Assembly (NCBI GenBank): GCA_016218765.1
Contig: JACRCZ010000074.1
Span: 5,827-69,826, forward strand
DNA length: 64,000 bases
Direction of reading: 5' to 3'
Source: Deltaproteobacteria bacterium
GTDB taxonomy: Bacteria > Myxococcota_A > Polyangia > DRWM01 > JAAZOP01
Shown: piece by piece, positions 50,588 through 59,358 of the stretch
Layout: every line of letters starts with the position of its first letter
Position numbering within the stretch: position 1 is the stretch's first letter
The notes under the pieces: generated by a model
Database searches by the model: none
What the model saw: the letters and a program-made list of their open reading frames with translations, nothing else
What the model was told of the DNA's origin: nothing
Position numbers and translations under genes: made by a program

Positions 50588-53251
50588 GTGAACCCGCTGC
50601 CGATCGATCCGGCCCTGCCCGACCTCGTCCGGAGGATGCGCGACGAGGGACGCCTCGTGCTGGTCGCCGAACCCGGGGCCGGGAAGACGACGCGCGTGCC
50701 CCGCGCGCTGCTCGACGCCGGCCTCGCCGGCGACGGCGAGATCGTGGTGCTCGAGCCGCGGCGCCTGGCGGCCCGCATGGCCGCGCGACGGGTGGCCGAG
50801 GAGCTGGGCGAGCCGGTCGGCGAGCGCGTGGGATGGCAAGTGCGGTTCGAGGACGTCAGCTCGCCGCGAACGCGGGTGCGTTTCGTGACCGAGGGCATCC
50901 TCGGCCGCCGCCTGCATGACGACCCGTGTCTGCGCGGGATCTCCTGCGTGCTGCTGGACGAGTTCCACGAGCGCCACCTGCACGGCGACCTCGCGTTGGC
51001 CCTTCTGCGGCGGCTGCGGCGCACGGCGCGACCGGACCTGCTGCTCGCGGTGATGAGCGCGACCCTCGAGGCCGACGCGGTCGCGCGTTTCCTGGGCGTC
51101 GACGTCGCCTCCGTCCCGGGCCGGATGTTCCCGGTCGATGTGCGGCACGCCGAGCGCGGCTCCGTCTCGCCCGAGCATCGCCCGCCGGAGGTGGCTTCGC
51201 GCGTCGCCCAGGCGCTGCGCGGGCTCCTGGACGAAGGGCCGCTCGACGGCGACGTCCTCGTCTTCCTCGCGGGCGCGGCGGAGATCCGGGCGGCGCTCGA
51301 GGCCTGCGCGCCGCTCCGCGCACGGCACGACCTGCTCCTCGTCCCGCTCCACGGCGACCTCCCCGCTGCGGAGCAGGACCGCGCCGTACGTTCCGCGCTG
51401 CGGCGCAAGGTCATCCTGTCGACCAACGTCGCCGAGACCTCCGTGACCATCGACGGCGTCACGACCGTGATCGACACCGGCCTCGCCCGCGTCGTCCGGC
51501 ACTCGCCGTGGTCCGGGCTCCCGTCGCGGCGCACGGCGCGGATCAGCCGGGCCTCCGCGACGCAGCGGGCCGGACGCGCCGGACGCACGCGGCCGGGACG
51601 CTGCCTGCGCCTGTTCACGAAGACCGATCACGATGCACGGCCGGACCACGACCCGCCGGAGATCGCCCGCGCGGATCTCGCCGAGACGGTGCTGGCGCTC
51701 CGCGCCTCGGACGGTGCCGCCGGCGATCTGGAGTGGCTCGAGCCGCCGCCCCCCGCCGCGGTGGACGCCGCCGTCGAGCTGCTCCGCCGCCTCGGGGCGC
51801 TCGGTCCCGCCGGCGACGTCACGCCGCTCGGACGCCGCATGCTCGCCCTGCCCCTCCACCCGCGCCTGGCGCGGCTGGCGCTCGAAGCCGACGCGCTCGG
51901 CAAGCGCGACGACGGCTGCCTGCTCGCCGCGCTCCTCGCCGAGCGCGACGTGCGCACCGCGGAACGCTCGTCGTTCGGCGGACGTGCACCGACCCGCCGG
52001 GTCGTCGCCGGCTCGTCCGATCTCCTCGACCGGCTGGACGCCGTGCGCGCCGTGGAACGCCGCGCATCGGACACCGCGACGCTCGGCGTCGACCCCGGCG
52101 CCCTGCACGCCGTCCTGCGCGCCCGCGACCAGATCGCCGCCGCCCTCCGTCGTCTGGCTGGACCCGATTCGCGAGCCGCGGCGAGCGGACGATCAGGCCG
52201 CAGGCCGGCCCCGAAGGGACTCGGCGGCCGTGCCGCCGAGGAGGCCGCGATTCGGAGACCGCAAGGGCCGGACTCCGGACCCGAGCCGGCACGGGGCGAG
52301 GAGGCCGCGCTCCGCGCGGTGCTCGCGGCCTTCCCGGACCGCGTGGCCCGGCGGCGCTCGCCGCGATCGGAGGAGCTGCTGCTGTGCGGCGGGGGGGCCG
52401 CGCGACTGTCGGACGAGAGCACGGTGCGCGACGCCGAGCTGCTGGTCGCCGTCGATGTCGAGGAACGGCCGGAACGCATGAGCTCGGAGCGCTCGCTGCC
52501 GCTGGTCCGGGCCGCGAGCGCGGTGGAGCCCGAGTGGTTGCTCGAGATGTTCTCCGACCGCATGAGCGAGAGCGAGGAGGTGCGGTTCGTGGCGAAGGCC
52601 GAGCGCGTCGAGTCGTCGCGGCGGCTGCTCTACGAACGCCTCGTGCTGCACGAGACCCGCGGCCCGGCGAGCGGGCCGGAGGCGGGGCGGGTGCTGGCCC
52701 AGGCGGCGCTGGCGGCGGGTCCGGACGCGTTCGGCGACGCGGACGAGCTGGCGGCTTGGCGTGCGCGGCTGGAATTCGCCGCGGGACTCGATCCGTCGCT
52801 GCCGCGCGCGGCGGACGACGACGTGGCGGAGGCGCTGCGGTCGCTGGCCGCCGGACGCCGCTCGTTCGCCGAGATGCGCGACGCCGGAAGCGGCGGGTTG
52901 TTGGGGGCGTTGCGCGACAGGTTGACTCCCGCGCAACGGTCGCGCCTGGAGCGGTTGGCGCCGGAGCGGGTGGAGCTGGCGGGCGGGCGACGCCTGCGGG
53001 TGCACTACGAGGCCGGCCGGACGCCGTGGGTGGAGTCGCGGCTCCAGGACTTCTTCGGGCTGGCGACCGGACCGCGGGCAGGGGACGGGCGCGTGCCGCT
53101 GGTGCTGCATCTGTTGGCGCCGAGCCGGCGCCCGGTGCAGATCACGACCGACCTGGCCGGGTTCTGGGAGCGCCACTATCCGGCGATCCGGCGCGAGCTG
53201 ATGCGCCGCTACCCGAAACACGCGTGGCCGGAGAACCCGCGGCGGGGCTAG
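50588..53251 (+). CDS. hrpB: ATP-dependent helicase HrpB
   Basis: AEPGAGKTT, DEFHER, MSAT, TNVAETSVTI, QRAGRAGR, C-terminal LLAP..RPVQITTDLAGFW...YPKHAWP. Confidence 0.96.
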   Translation: MNPLPIDPALPDLVRRMRDEGRLVLVAEPGAGKTTRVPRALLDAGLAGDGEIVVLEPRRLAARMAARRVAEELGEPVGERVGWQVRFEDVSSPRTRVRFVTEGILGRRLHDDPCLRGISCVLLDEFHERHLHGDLALALLRRLRRTARPDLLLAVMSATLEADAVARFLGVDVASVPGRMFPVDVRHAERGSVSPEHRPPEVASRVAQALRGLLDEGPLDGDVLVFLAGAAEIRAALEACAPLRARHDLLLVPLHGDLPAAEQDRAVRSALRRKVILSTNVAETSVTIDGVTTVIDTGLARVVRHSPWSGLPSRRTARISRASATQRAGRAGRTRPGRCLRLFTKTDHDARPDHDPPEIARADLAETVLALRASDGAAGDLEWLEPPPPAAVDAAVELLRRLGALGPAGDVTPLGRRMLALPLHPRLARLALEADALGKRDDGCLLAALLAERDVRTAERSSFGGRAPTRRVVAGSSDLLDRLDAVRAVERRASDTATLGVDPGALHAVLRARDQIAAALRRLAGPDSRAAASGRSGRRPAPKGLGGRAAEEAAIRRPQGPDSGPEPARGEEAALRAVLAAFPDRVARRRSPRSEELLLCGGGAARLSDESTVRDAELLVAVDVEERPERMSSERSLPLVRAASAVEPEWLLEMFSDRMSESEEVRFVAKAERVESSRRLLYERLVLHETRGPASGPEAGRVLAQAALAAGPDAFGDADELAAWRARLEFAAGLDPSLPRAADDDVAEALRSLAAGRRSFAEMRDAGSGGLLGALRDRLTPAQRSRLERLAPERVELAGGRRLRVHYEAGRTPWVESRLQDFFGLATGPRAGDGRVPLVLHLLAPSRRPVQITTDLAGFWERHYPAIRRELMRRYPKHAWPENPRRG
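52164..52255. repeat. Copy of the REP/MITE-like element inside hrpB (in frame)
   Basis: 52207-52256 matches 9682-9731 at 43/50 nt; termini CCGATTCGCG...CGCGATTCGG. Confidence 0.75.
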
Positions 53252-53252
53252 A

Positions 53253-55409
53253 CTACTCGGACAGCTCTGCCAGGATCTCCGCCGCGCGCTCGCGCGCCGC
53301 GGCCGCGCGCTTCCGAAGGTCGTCAATCTCCACGGTGAGCGCGTCCAGACGCCGCCCGGCCTCGATCATGCGCTCGGCCACCTCGGTCGCCACGTCCTCG
53401 TCCGCGCCGGAACCGGCCAGCGCGGCGAGGTCCGCGCGGTGGCGCGCGAGCTCGTTGGAAACCGTCGTCATCGCGTTCTGCCGCTCCGACGCGTCCCCGG
53501 CCAGGACGTCCGACTCGTGCAGCGCTTCCCCCGCGCGCCGCAGGATCTCGCGCACCCCCGGCGGCAGCCGGTCGTCCTCGGCCAGGGCGGCGACGGTGCT
53601 GACGCCCAGCGTGCTCGCCGGCCAGTTGCGCTGGAGCCCCTCCTCCGTCGCGACGACCTGGGTCAGCTCCTCGCCCGCCGGCAGCTCCACGCAGACGTGG
53701 TAGTACTCGAAGCCGTCCTCGGCGGTGAGCAGCTCGACGGAGCCCCCCGACGTGACGCGCCCGTTGACGAGCGCCGGGGCCCGGAGGCAGACGTTGCGCT
53801 CGCTCGCCGCGTGGCTCGTGAGGACGTAGCTGCGCCGCACGACGTGCACGTAGTGTTCCTCCAGGCGCGGCTCCGCTCCACTCCAGTCGGTCGCCGGCGG
53901 GTGGAACCAGCGCACGATGCGCGGCTGCTCCTCGTCCTCCCAATCGCCCTGCTCGACGACAACGTCCAGGTCGGCGCCGTGAGGCAGGACGCGAGCGTCC
54001 TCGACGTACATCCGCGGCAGCCACGACTGCCCGGAGAAGCCGCCGTCGAACACCGCCAGCGGCCCCTCGCGCAGGGCGAACCCCGTGTCGTTGCGGATCT
54101 TGATCGCGGCCAGGACGTTGAGCGCGTCGTCGACCAGGCTGATTCGCTCGGCCGAGACCCCGGCATCGATCACCGGCACCAGCGCCGACTCGTGCGCCCG
54201 CAGCGAGAGCGGCTCGGTCGCGTGGTACGACAGCAGCTCCCGGCGCTGCTCGGGCGACGCCTGCGCCTCGGCGGCCAGCTCGCCGATCGCCAGGAGCTGG
54301 CTGGCGGAGACGCCGCCTCCTCCGCCATAGCCGGTGCCGATCATTCCCATGCCGGCGCTGCCGTAGGCGCTGCCGTACCCGCCTCCGCTGCCGTAGCCGT
54401 ACCCGTAGCCGTAGAGCCCGGCGTCCGCGAGCTGGTCGGCGTTGGTGCCGGCGAGCTGCGGGGCCGTGTCCATGCCGTCCTCCGCGGGAACGACCTCGCG
54501 GTGCCGGAAGCGCGGCGTGACGAAGGGGAAGAGGTACGAGTTCGGCTGGCCCTCGACCAGCTCCACGGCGACGTTCTGCCAGTCCTCGTCGGTGTCGTTG
54601 TGCACGAGCGCCCAGCCCTGCACCCGAGCGCGCGCGTCCTGGAAGACGAGACGGTAGCTCACCCGCCAGACCGGGGCCTCGGCGAGGTAGCCGATCGCCA
54701 GGTCGCCGCCCTCGCGCACGGATACGCCGACGGTCTCCTGCTCCTCGCCGCGGCGCTGGGCCAGCGCCGCGACGGCGCGGTCCAGGGCCGTCTGCGCGGG
54801 CTCGTCGGCGGGGCCGACCGATTCGATCTCGTCGAGCTTGAACCAGCGCAGGGCGCCGTCGCCGGCGAGGAAGACGACGACGGGGAGCTGGACGGTGGCG
54901 GCGTCCGGAACGGGGTTGCCCGAGGCGTCGGTGCCGTCCGAGCCGGCGGCGGCCGGCTCCTCGACGCGGGCCACGCCGATCACGCGCCCTTCCAGCGTCT
55001 CGCCGTCCCTCGTGACCAGCTTCGCCTGGAGCCCCGCCATGGCGCCGAGCAGCGGGAGAATGGAGCCCTCGGCCGCGAAGGCATCGAACGGCGCGGGCGA
55101 CTCGGCCAGGGCGGCCTCGGGCGCCAGGACGCTGGGGAACGTCATCGCGCCGACCCGTGCGCCGTCGGATGTGAGCACGACGAGCGTCATGAGGGCGTCG
55201 TCGAGGTGGTTCTGGGGCACGAGCAACGCGAGGGGTCCGTGCCGCTGCACGGGTCCGCGTCGCTCGAAGTAGCCGACGCCCGACTCGTACAGGACGACGC
55301 TCCGGAGCGGCAGGACTGCCGGGGCGGTCTCGCGCGCGGCGTGCGCGGCCGGGGCGAGCAGGCCCGTGGTCGCGAGCGCAAGGCACACCGCTCCCTTTCG
55401 ATTGCCCAT
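53253..55409 (-). CDS. Secreted DUF4139-like protein with C-terminal coiled coil
   Basis: Signal ending AHA-A; VVLYESGVGYFER; YLAEAPVWRVSYRL; QGWALVHNDTDEDWQNV. Confidence 0.85.
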   Translation of the reverse strand: MGNRKGAVCLALATTGLLAPAAHAARETAPAVLPLRSVVLYESGVGYFERRGPVQRHGPLALLVPQNHLDDALMTLVVLTSDGARVGAMTFPSVLAPEAALAESPAPFDAFAAEGSILPLLGAMAGLQAKLVTRDGETLEGRVIGVARVEEPAAAGSDGTDASGNPVPDAATVQLPVVVFLAGDGALRWFKLDEIESVGPADEPAQTALDRAVAALAQRRGEEQETVGVSVREGGDLAIGYLAEAPVWRVSYRLVFQDARARVQGWALVHNDTDEDWQNVAVELVEGQPNSYLFPFVTPRFRHREVVPAEDGMDTAPQLAGTNADQLADAGLYGYGYGYGSGGGYGSAYGSAGMGMIGTGYGGGGGVSASQLLAIGELAAEAQASPEQRRELLSYHATEPLSLRAHESALVPVIDAGVSAERISLVDDALNVLAAIKIRNDTGFALREGPLAVFDGGFSGQSWLPRMYVEDARVLPHGADLDVVVEQGDWEDEEQPRIVRWFHPPATDWSGAEPRLEEHYVHVVRRSYVLTSHAASERNVCLRAPALVNGRVTSGGSVELLTAEDGFEYYHVCVELPAGEELTQVVATEEGLQRNWPASTLGVSTVAALAEDDRLPPGVREILRRAGEALHESDVLAGDASERQNAMTTVSNELARHRADLAALAGSGADEDVATEVAERMIEAGRRLDALTVEIDDLRKRAAAARERAAEILAELSE

Positions 55410-55500
55410 GTTGCCCTCCCTTCCGAGCGTCCCCTCGCGGCGCGGGCCGCGGGGCGCTTCGTGGGCCGGCGGAGGGCGGAAGTTCCCGGGGGAACCGCGT

Positions 55501-57144
55501 TTACGTTTCCCCGGGCGCCTCGACAGGAGTTCCCTCGCTTGGCGGTTCATCGCCCGGGAGCTCGTCCTGGACCCAGCGCGACCGGGGATGATGGCGGCGG
55601 GGGGCGCAACGGACGGCGGCGGGGCGGTCGTCGGGGTCCGTCCAGGTGGCGTAGTGCAGCTCCTGGATGTGGCCGTTGCGGTGGCGCACTCCCGGGCGGA
55701 AAAGGACCTCGGGGTCGCAGTTCTTCCCCTTGTAGATGAACTCGAAGTGCACGTGCGGGCCGCGGCTGATCCCCGTGCTGCCCAGCTCGGCGATGATGCC
55801 GCCCGCGGGAACGCGCTGCCCGGCGACGACGAAATTGGCCGAGTTGTGGGCGTACATCGTGACCCACCCGCCGGGATGGATGAGGATGACCATGTTGCCG
55901 TAGCCGCGGACCTCGTTGCCGCTGTAGCCGACGATGCCGGCGGCGGAGGCGCGGACGTTCCAGCCCATCTCGCCCATGACGTCGGTCGCCAGGTGGTAGC
56001 CGCCCTCGCCCGAGCCCCAGCCGCGGACGTACCAGCCGTTGCTCACGGGCCAGCGCAGCGTCCCGGGGAGCTCGTCCCCTCCGGCCGCCTCGATCCACGA
56101 CTCCTTCACGCGGCCGGCCAGCAGCGCGATGGCCGCGTCGTGGGTGCCGAGACCCAGGCGGCGGGCAAGGGACGTCGCCCCGCGCGCGCTCGCGCCCCCT
56201 TCGCGGCGGACCCGCCCGTTGCGGGCCTCGCTCACCCCCGGGCTCCACAGCTCGGTCCCCTCGCGCAGCGCCTTGGCGTCGTCGGCGCTCAGGCGGTTGG
56301 CGGCCATGATCTGCCCGACGCCCACCTGGAAGGCACTGGCCAGGTCCCAGATCGTCTCCCCGGACGCCAGGATGTGGCGGATGCCCGTCGGCTCCACGGC
56401 GTCGGCGGTCTGGATCTGGTCGTCCGTGATGCCGGGAATGATCACCGGCGTGCCGACGGAGAGGGCTCGGATTTCGTCGTCGGTGAAGCCGTTGCGCTCG
56501 GACAGCTCATCGACGGTCTTGCCGTAGGTGCGGGCGATCTCCCACAGGGTCTCGCCCGAGCCGACGAAGTGGTAGGCCCCGTCTTCCAGCGGAGGGAGCG
56601 CCGCGCGAGCCGCCCGCTGGGCCTCGGCCCGCGCGGCGGCATCGAGGACGGCGACGGGCGCGGAGACGCCGGGGATCCGCAGGACGCGGCCCTTGGAGAG
56701 CCGGCGCACGCGGTCGGCGCGCAGGTGGTTGGCGCGCAGGATGGCGTCGACGCTCACGCCGTACGACATCGCGATGTCCCACAGCGTCTCGCCCTCCTGG
56801 ACGACGTGCTCGACGAACGGCTCCTCGGCGTCGACCTCCGACGCCTCTCCGGCGTCGGGGCCCGCGTCGAGCGCCCCATCGGCATCGGCCGCGTCGCCGG
56901 CGCGCACGTCGTCGTCGTCCGGCGAACCCTCCGCCTCACCTTCGTCGGCGGACGGCGACACGTCCGCCCCCTCCGGCCCGGCGTCGCCGCTGCCCGGACG
57001 CGTGCTGGGGGAGCTGCCGCAGTAGCTTCCGGCGACCAGGTCTGCGAGAACGAGCATCCCCGGCAGGAAACGCGCGGTGGCGGCCCGGAGTCGCGATCGA
57101 TTCGTCGTCGAGTTCCTTGCGGCGCGCTGCACTCCGGCCAGCAT
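55501..57144 (-). CDS. LysM (x3) plus M23 peptidoglycan metallopeptidase
   Basis: Three GET(L/I)W(D/E)(I/L)A LysM repeats; HLATD, GYGN, YAHN, GPHVHFE. Start uncertain. Confidence 0.9.
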   Translation of the reverse strand: MLAGVQRAARNSTTNRSRLRAATARFLPGMLVLADLVAGSYCGSSPSTRPGSGDAGPEGADVSPSADEGEAEGSPDDDDVRAGDAADADGALDAGPDAGEASEVDAEEPFVEHVVQEGETLWDIAMSYGVSVDAILRANHLRADRVRRLSKGRVLRIPGVSAPVAVLDAAARAEAQRAARAALPPLEDGAYHFVGSGETLWEIARTYGKTVDELSERNGFTDDEIRALSVGTPVIIPGITDDQIQTADAVEPTGIRHILASGETIWDLASAFQVGVGQIMAANRLSADDAKALREGTELWSPGVSEARNGRVRREGGASARGATSLARRLGLGTHDAAIALLAGRVKESWIEAAGGDELPGTLRWPVSNGWYVRGWGSGEGGYHLATDVMGEMGWNVRASAAGIVGYSGNEVRGYGNMVILIHPGGWVTMYAHNSANFVVAGQRVPAGGIIAELGSTGISRGPHVHFEFIYKGKNCDPEVLFRPGVRHRNGHIQELHYATWTDPDDRPAAVRCAPRRHHPRSRWVQDELPGDEPPSEGTPVEAPGET

Positions 57145-57284
57145 TCCCTTCGCCCCCCGTCCCCGGGGGACAGAGTACGCGGGAGGTCGCGGGCGAGGCA
57201 ACCCGTCACCCGCCGTCGCGGTTGGACGAATCCCGCCGAGGTGCGCTACGATCCCGCTGCCGTCCTCGGCACCCGGAGGCAAGG

Positions 57285-57887
57285 ATGAAACGCCCCGAAC
57301 ACGATCCGCAGGAGTCGACCGATACGCCCGCGGCGCCGTCGCCGCGCACGACCATCGTCGGCGGCCGGCCGCCGGAGAAGGCGGACGCGGCGCAGACGGT
57401 CCCGACCGGGCTGCAGCGCCTGTTGCGGCTCGCGTCGTTCGACGGCGCGTTCCGCGAGGAGCTGATCCGGCGCCGGGGGGCCGCCGCCAAGGCGGCGGGG
57501 GTGCCGCTGACGGCGAGCGAGTCGGCGGTGCTGGCGGCGATCCCGGCCGAGCAGCTGGCGCAGATGGCGGGCAACCTGCCGCCGCCGGCGCCGGGACGAC
57601 GCGAGTTCCTGCGCCAGACGGCCGCGACCGCGGTCGTGCTGCTCGGCGGCGCGGCCTTGGGCTCGACCCAGGTCGGATGCCCGCTCGCCGCCGGAGGCGC
57701 GCGCCCCGACATGCCGCCACCGCCCGAGGACCGGGACGCGGGCGCGGAAGCCGAGGCGCAGCCCGAGCAGGACCACCCCGTGACGCGGGGCATCTCCGTC
57801 GACATCCCGCCCGAGCGACCCGACCAGTCGGAGATGATGACGGGCGGCGGCGCCGCGCCGGACATGCCGCCGGAGCCGGAGCGCTGA
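57285..57887 (+). CDS. Protein with NHLP-clan-like leader domain, internal Tat/lipoprotein signal and repeated GxxxD(M/I)PP motifs
   Basis: GGAGG RBS; LLRLASFDGAFREELI...GVPLTASESAVL; RREFL + hydrophobic stretch + VG-C. Confidence 0.75.
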   Translation: MKRPEHDPQESTDTPAAPSPRTTIVGGRPPEKADAAQTVPTGLQRLLRLASFDGAFREELIRRRGAAAKAAGVPLTASESAVLAAIPAEQLAQMAGNLPPPAPGRREFLRQTAATAVVLLGGAALGSTQVGCPLAAGGARPDMPPPPEDRDAGAEAEAQPEQDHPVTRGISVDIPPERPDQSEMMTGGGAAPDMPPEPER

Positions 57888-58023
57888 GCCACCGCCTCGC
57901 CGCCCGATGAGATGAACGCCTGACGAGGTGGGTGCGACACCGCGTCACACCCGGTGGGACACGGGGCGGCAGGCACGAGCAGCCGCGGGCTGAAGCGACG
58001 GCGTGCGGCCGGATCCTGGCGGC

Positions 58024-58165
58024 AACCGAACCGCGCCCTTCAGGGCGCGGCTGCCTTGCGGAGGCTGCCGCGGGCGGAAGTCCGGTTTGGATCGGCTAGC
58101 CCTCTTGGCGTCCTTTGCGGTCCTTTGCGTCCCTTGCGCGCTCGCCCTGAGCGGAGTCGACGGGA
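58024..58165. repeat. Composite of dispersed repeats (REP hairpin, CTTTGCG x4 copy 3, CCCTGAGCGGAGTCGA motif)
   Basis: 58024-58051 is identical (28/28) to 9628-9655; CTTTGCG-type units at 58104, 58113, 58123 and 58132. Confidence 0.8.
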
Positions 58166-58288
58166 ACCTCCGGCCGCCGATCTTCGAAGGCAAGCCCTTC
58201 ACCCGTCATTGGAACGAAGCTCGCATCAGCGGCCGCTGCGTCGGGATTCCGGCGGGATCGCCGGAGGGTGGTCGGAGGGAGACAGGCG

Positions 58289-59347
58289 ATGGCGGTTCGG
58301 TCGGTGGTGCTGATCGCGGGGTTGATCACGGCGGGCGGCTCCACGGCGCTCGCGCAAGAGAGCGAGAGAGAGGGCGGGGGAGCGGCGAGCCTTGAGCTGA
58401 CCGACGAGGTCGACCTGTCGGCGGCGCCGGAGGACGACGAGGAGCAAGCGGCGCCCTGGCGCGGGTCGGAGTTCGTCTGGCGCAACGTCATGAGCGCCGC
58501 GAGCCTCGACCCGTCCTACGAGCTGACCTGGAACCCGTACTACGCGATGGCGTTCACCTTCCGGGCCCGGTGGTGGTTCGACGACATCTTCAACGTCGGC
58601 GCGCGGCTGGACGTGACGCGCGAGTTGACGCAGGCGGACGACACGACGTTCATCGACGAGGCGCTCCTGGAGGACCTGGTGATTTCGGCGGGGGCGTCCA
58701 AGTTCTACACGATCCCGGTCGCGGGCATCGATCTCTCGGCCGACCTGCTGCTCACGACGCCGACGAGCAAGATCTCGCAGGCGCGGACGCTGGTGCTGGG
58801 GATCGGGCCGGGGGTGAGCGTGGGGCGGACGTTCGACGCGATCGGGCCGCTGCGGCTTTCGTATCACGTGCGGACGACGGGGCTCTTGCACCGCTACACG
58901 ACGGCGGAGCGCGAGACGCCGCTGATTCAGGGGTGCGGCGCGACGGAGGGGGGCTGCGACTCCTTCCTCAACACGGGGCTGCGCAACGTGCGGTTCCGCG
59001 TGGCGCACGGCGTGGACGTCTCGTGGGACCCGCTGGAGTGGTTCGGGGTGTCGGTGGGCTTCGAGCACATCGTCGACTGGCTGCACCCGATCGACGGGAG
59101 CGACCCGCGGGTAACGTTCGAGACGGAGCCGAACACCGACGAGCGGCAGCGGTCGGCGTTCGGGGTCGAGCTGACGTTCACGCCGATTTCCTCCTGGCAG
59201 ATCGGTTTGGGCTACGAGACGGTGAGCCCGCAGCTCAAGCTCGACTCGACGTACGAGAACCCGTTCTACAACCGGTATTCGACGGTGTACCTGGATTTGC
59301 GCCTGGAGTTCGACGGGCTGGTCGCTGAGCTCACGGGCGAGGGGTAG
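58289..59347 (+). CDS. Probable outer-membrane beta-barrel protein
   Basis: Signal ending ALA-Q; alternating amphipathic strands rich in aromatic residues; GGAGG RBS. Confidence 0.7.
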   Translation: MAVRSVVLIAGLITAGGSTALAQESEREGGGAASLELTDEVDLSAAPEDDEEQAAPWRGSEFVWRNVMSAASLDPSYELTWNPYYAMAFTFRARWWFDDIFNVGARLDVTRELTQADDTTFIDEALLEDLVISAGASKFYTIPVAGIDLSADLLLTTPTSKISQARTLVLGIGPGVSVGRTFDAIGPLRLSYHVRTTGLLHRYTTAERETPLIQGCGATEGGCDSFLNTGLRNVRFRVAHGVDVSWDPLEWFGVSVGFEHIVDWLHPIDGSDPRVTFETEPNTDERQRSAFGVELTFTPISSWQIGLGYETVSPQLKLDSTYENPFYNRYSTVYLDLRLEFDGLVAELTGEG

Positions 59348-59358
59348 GAGTGCGGAAC

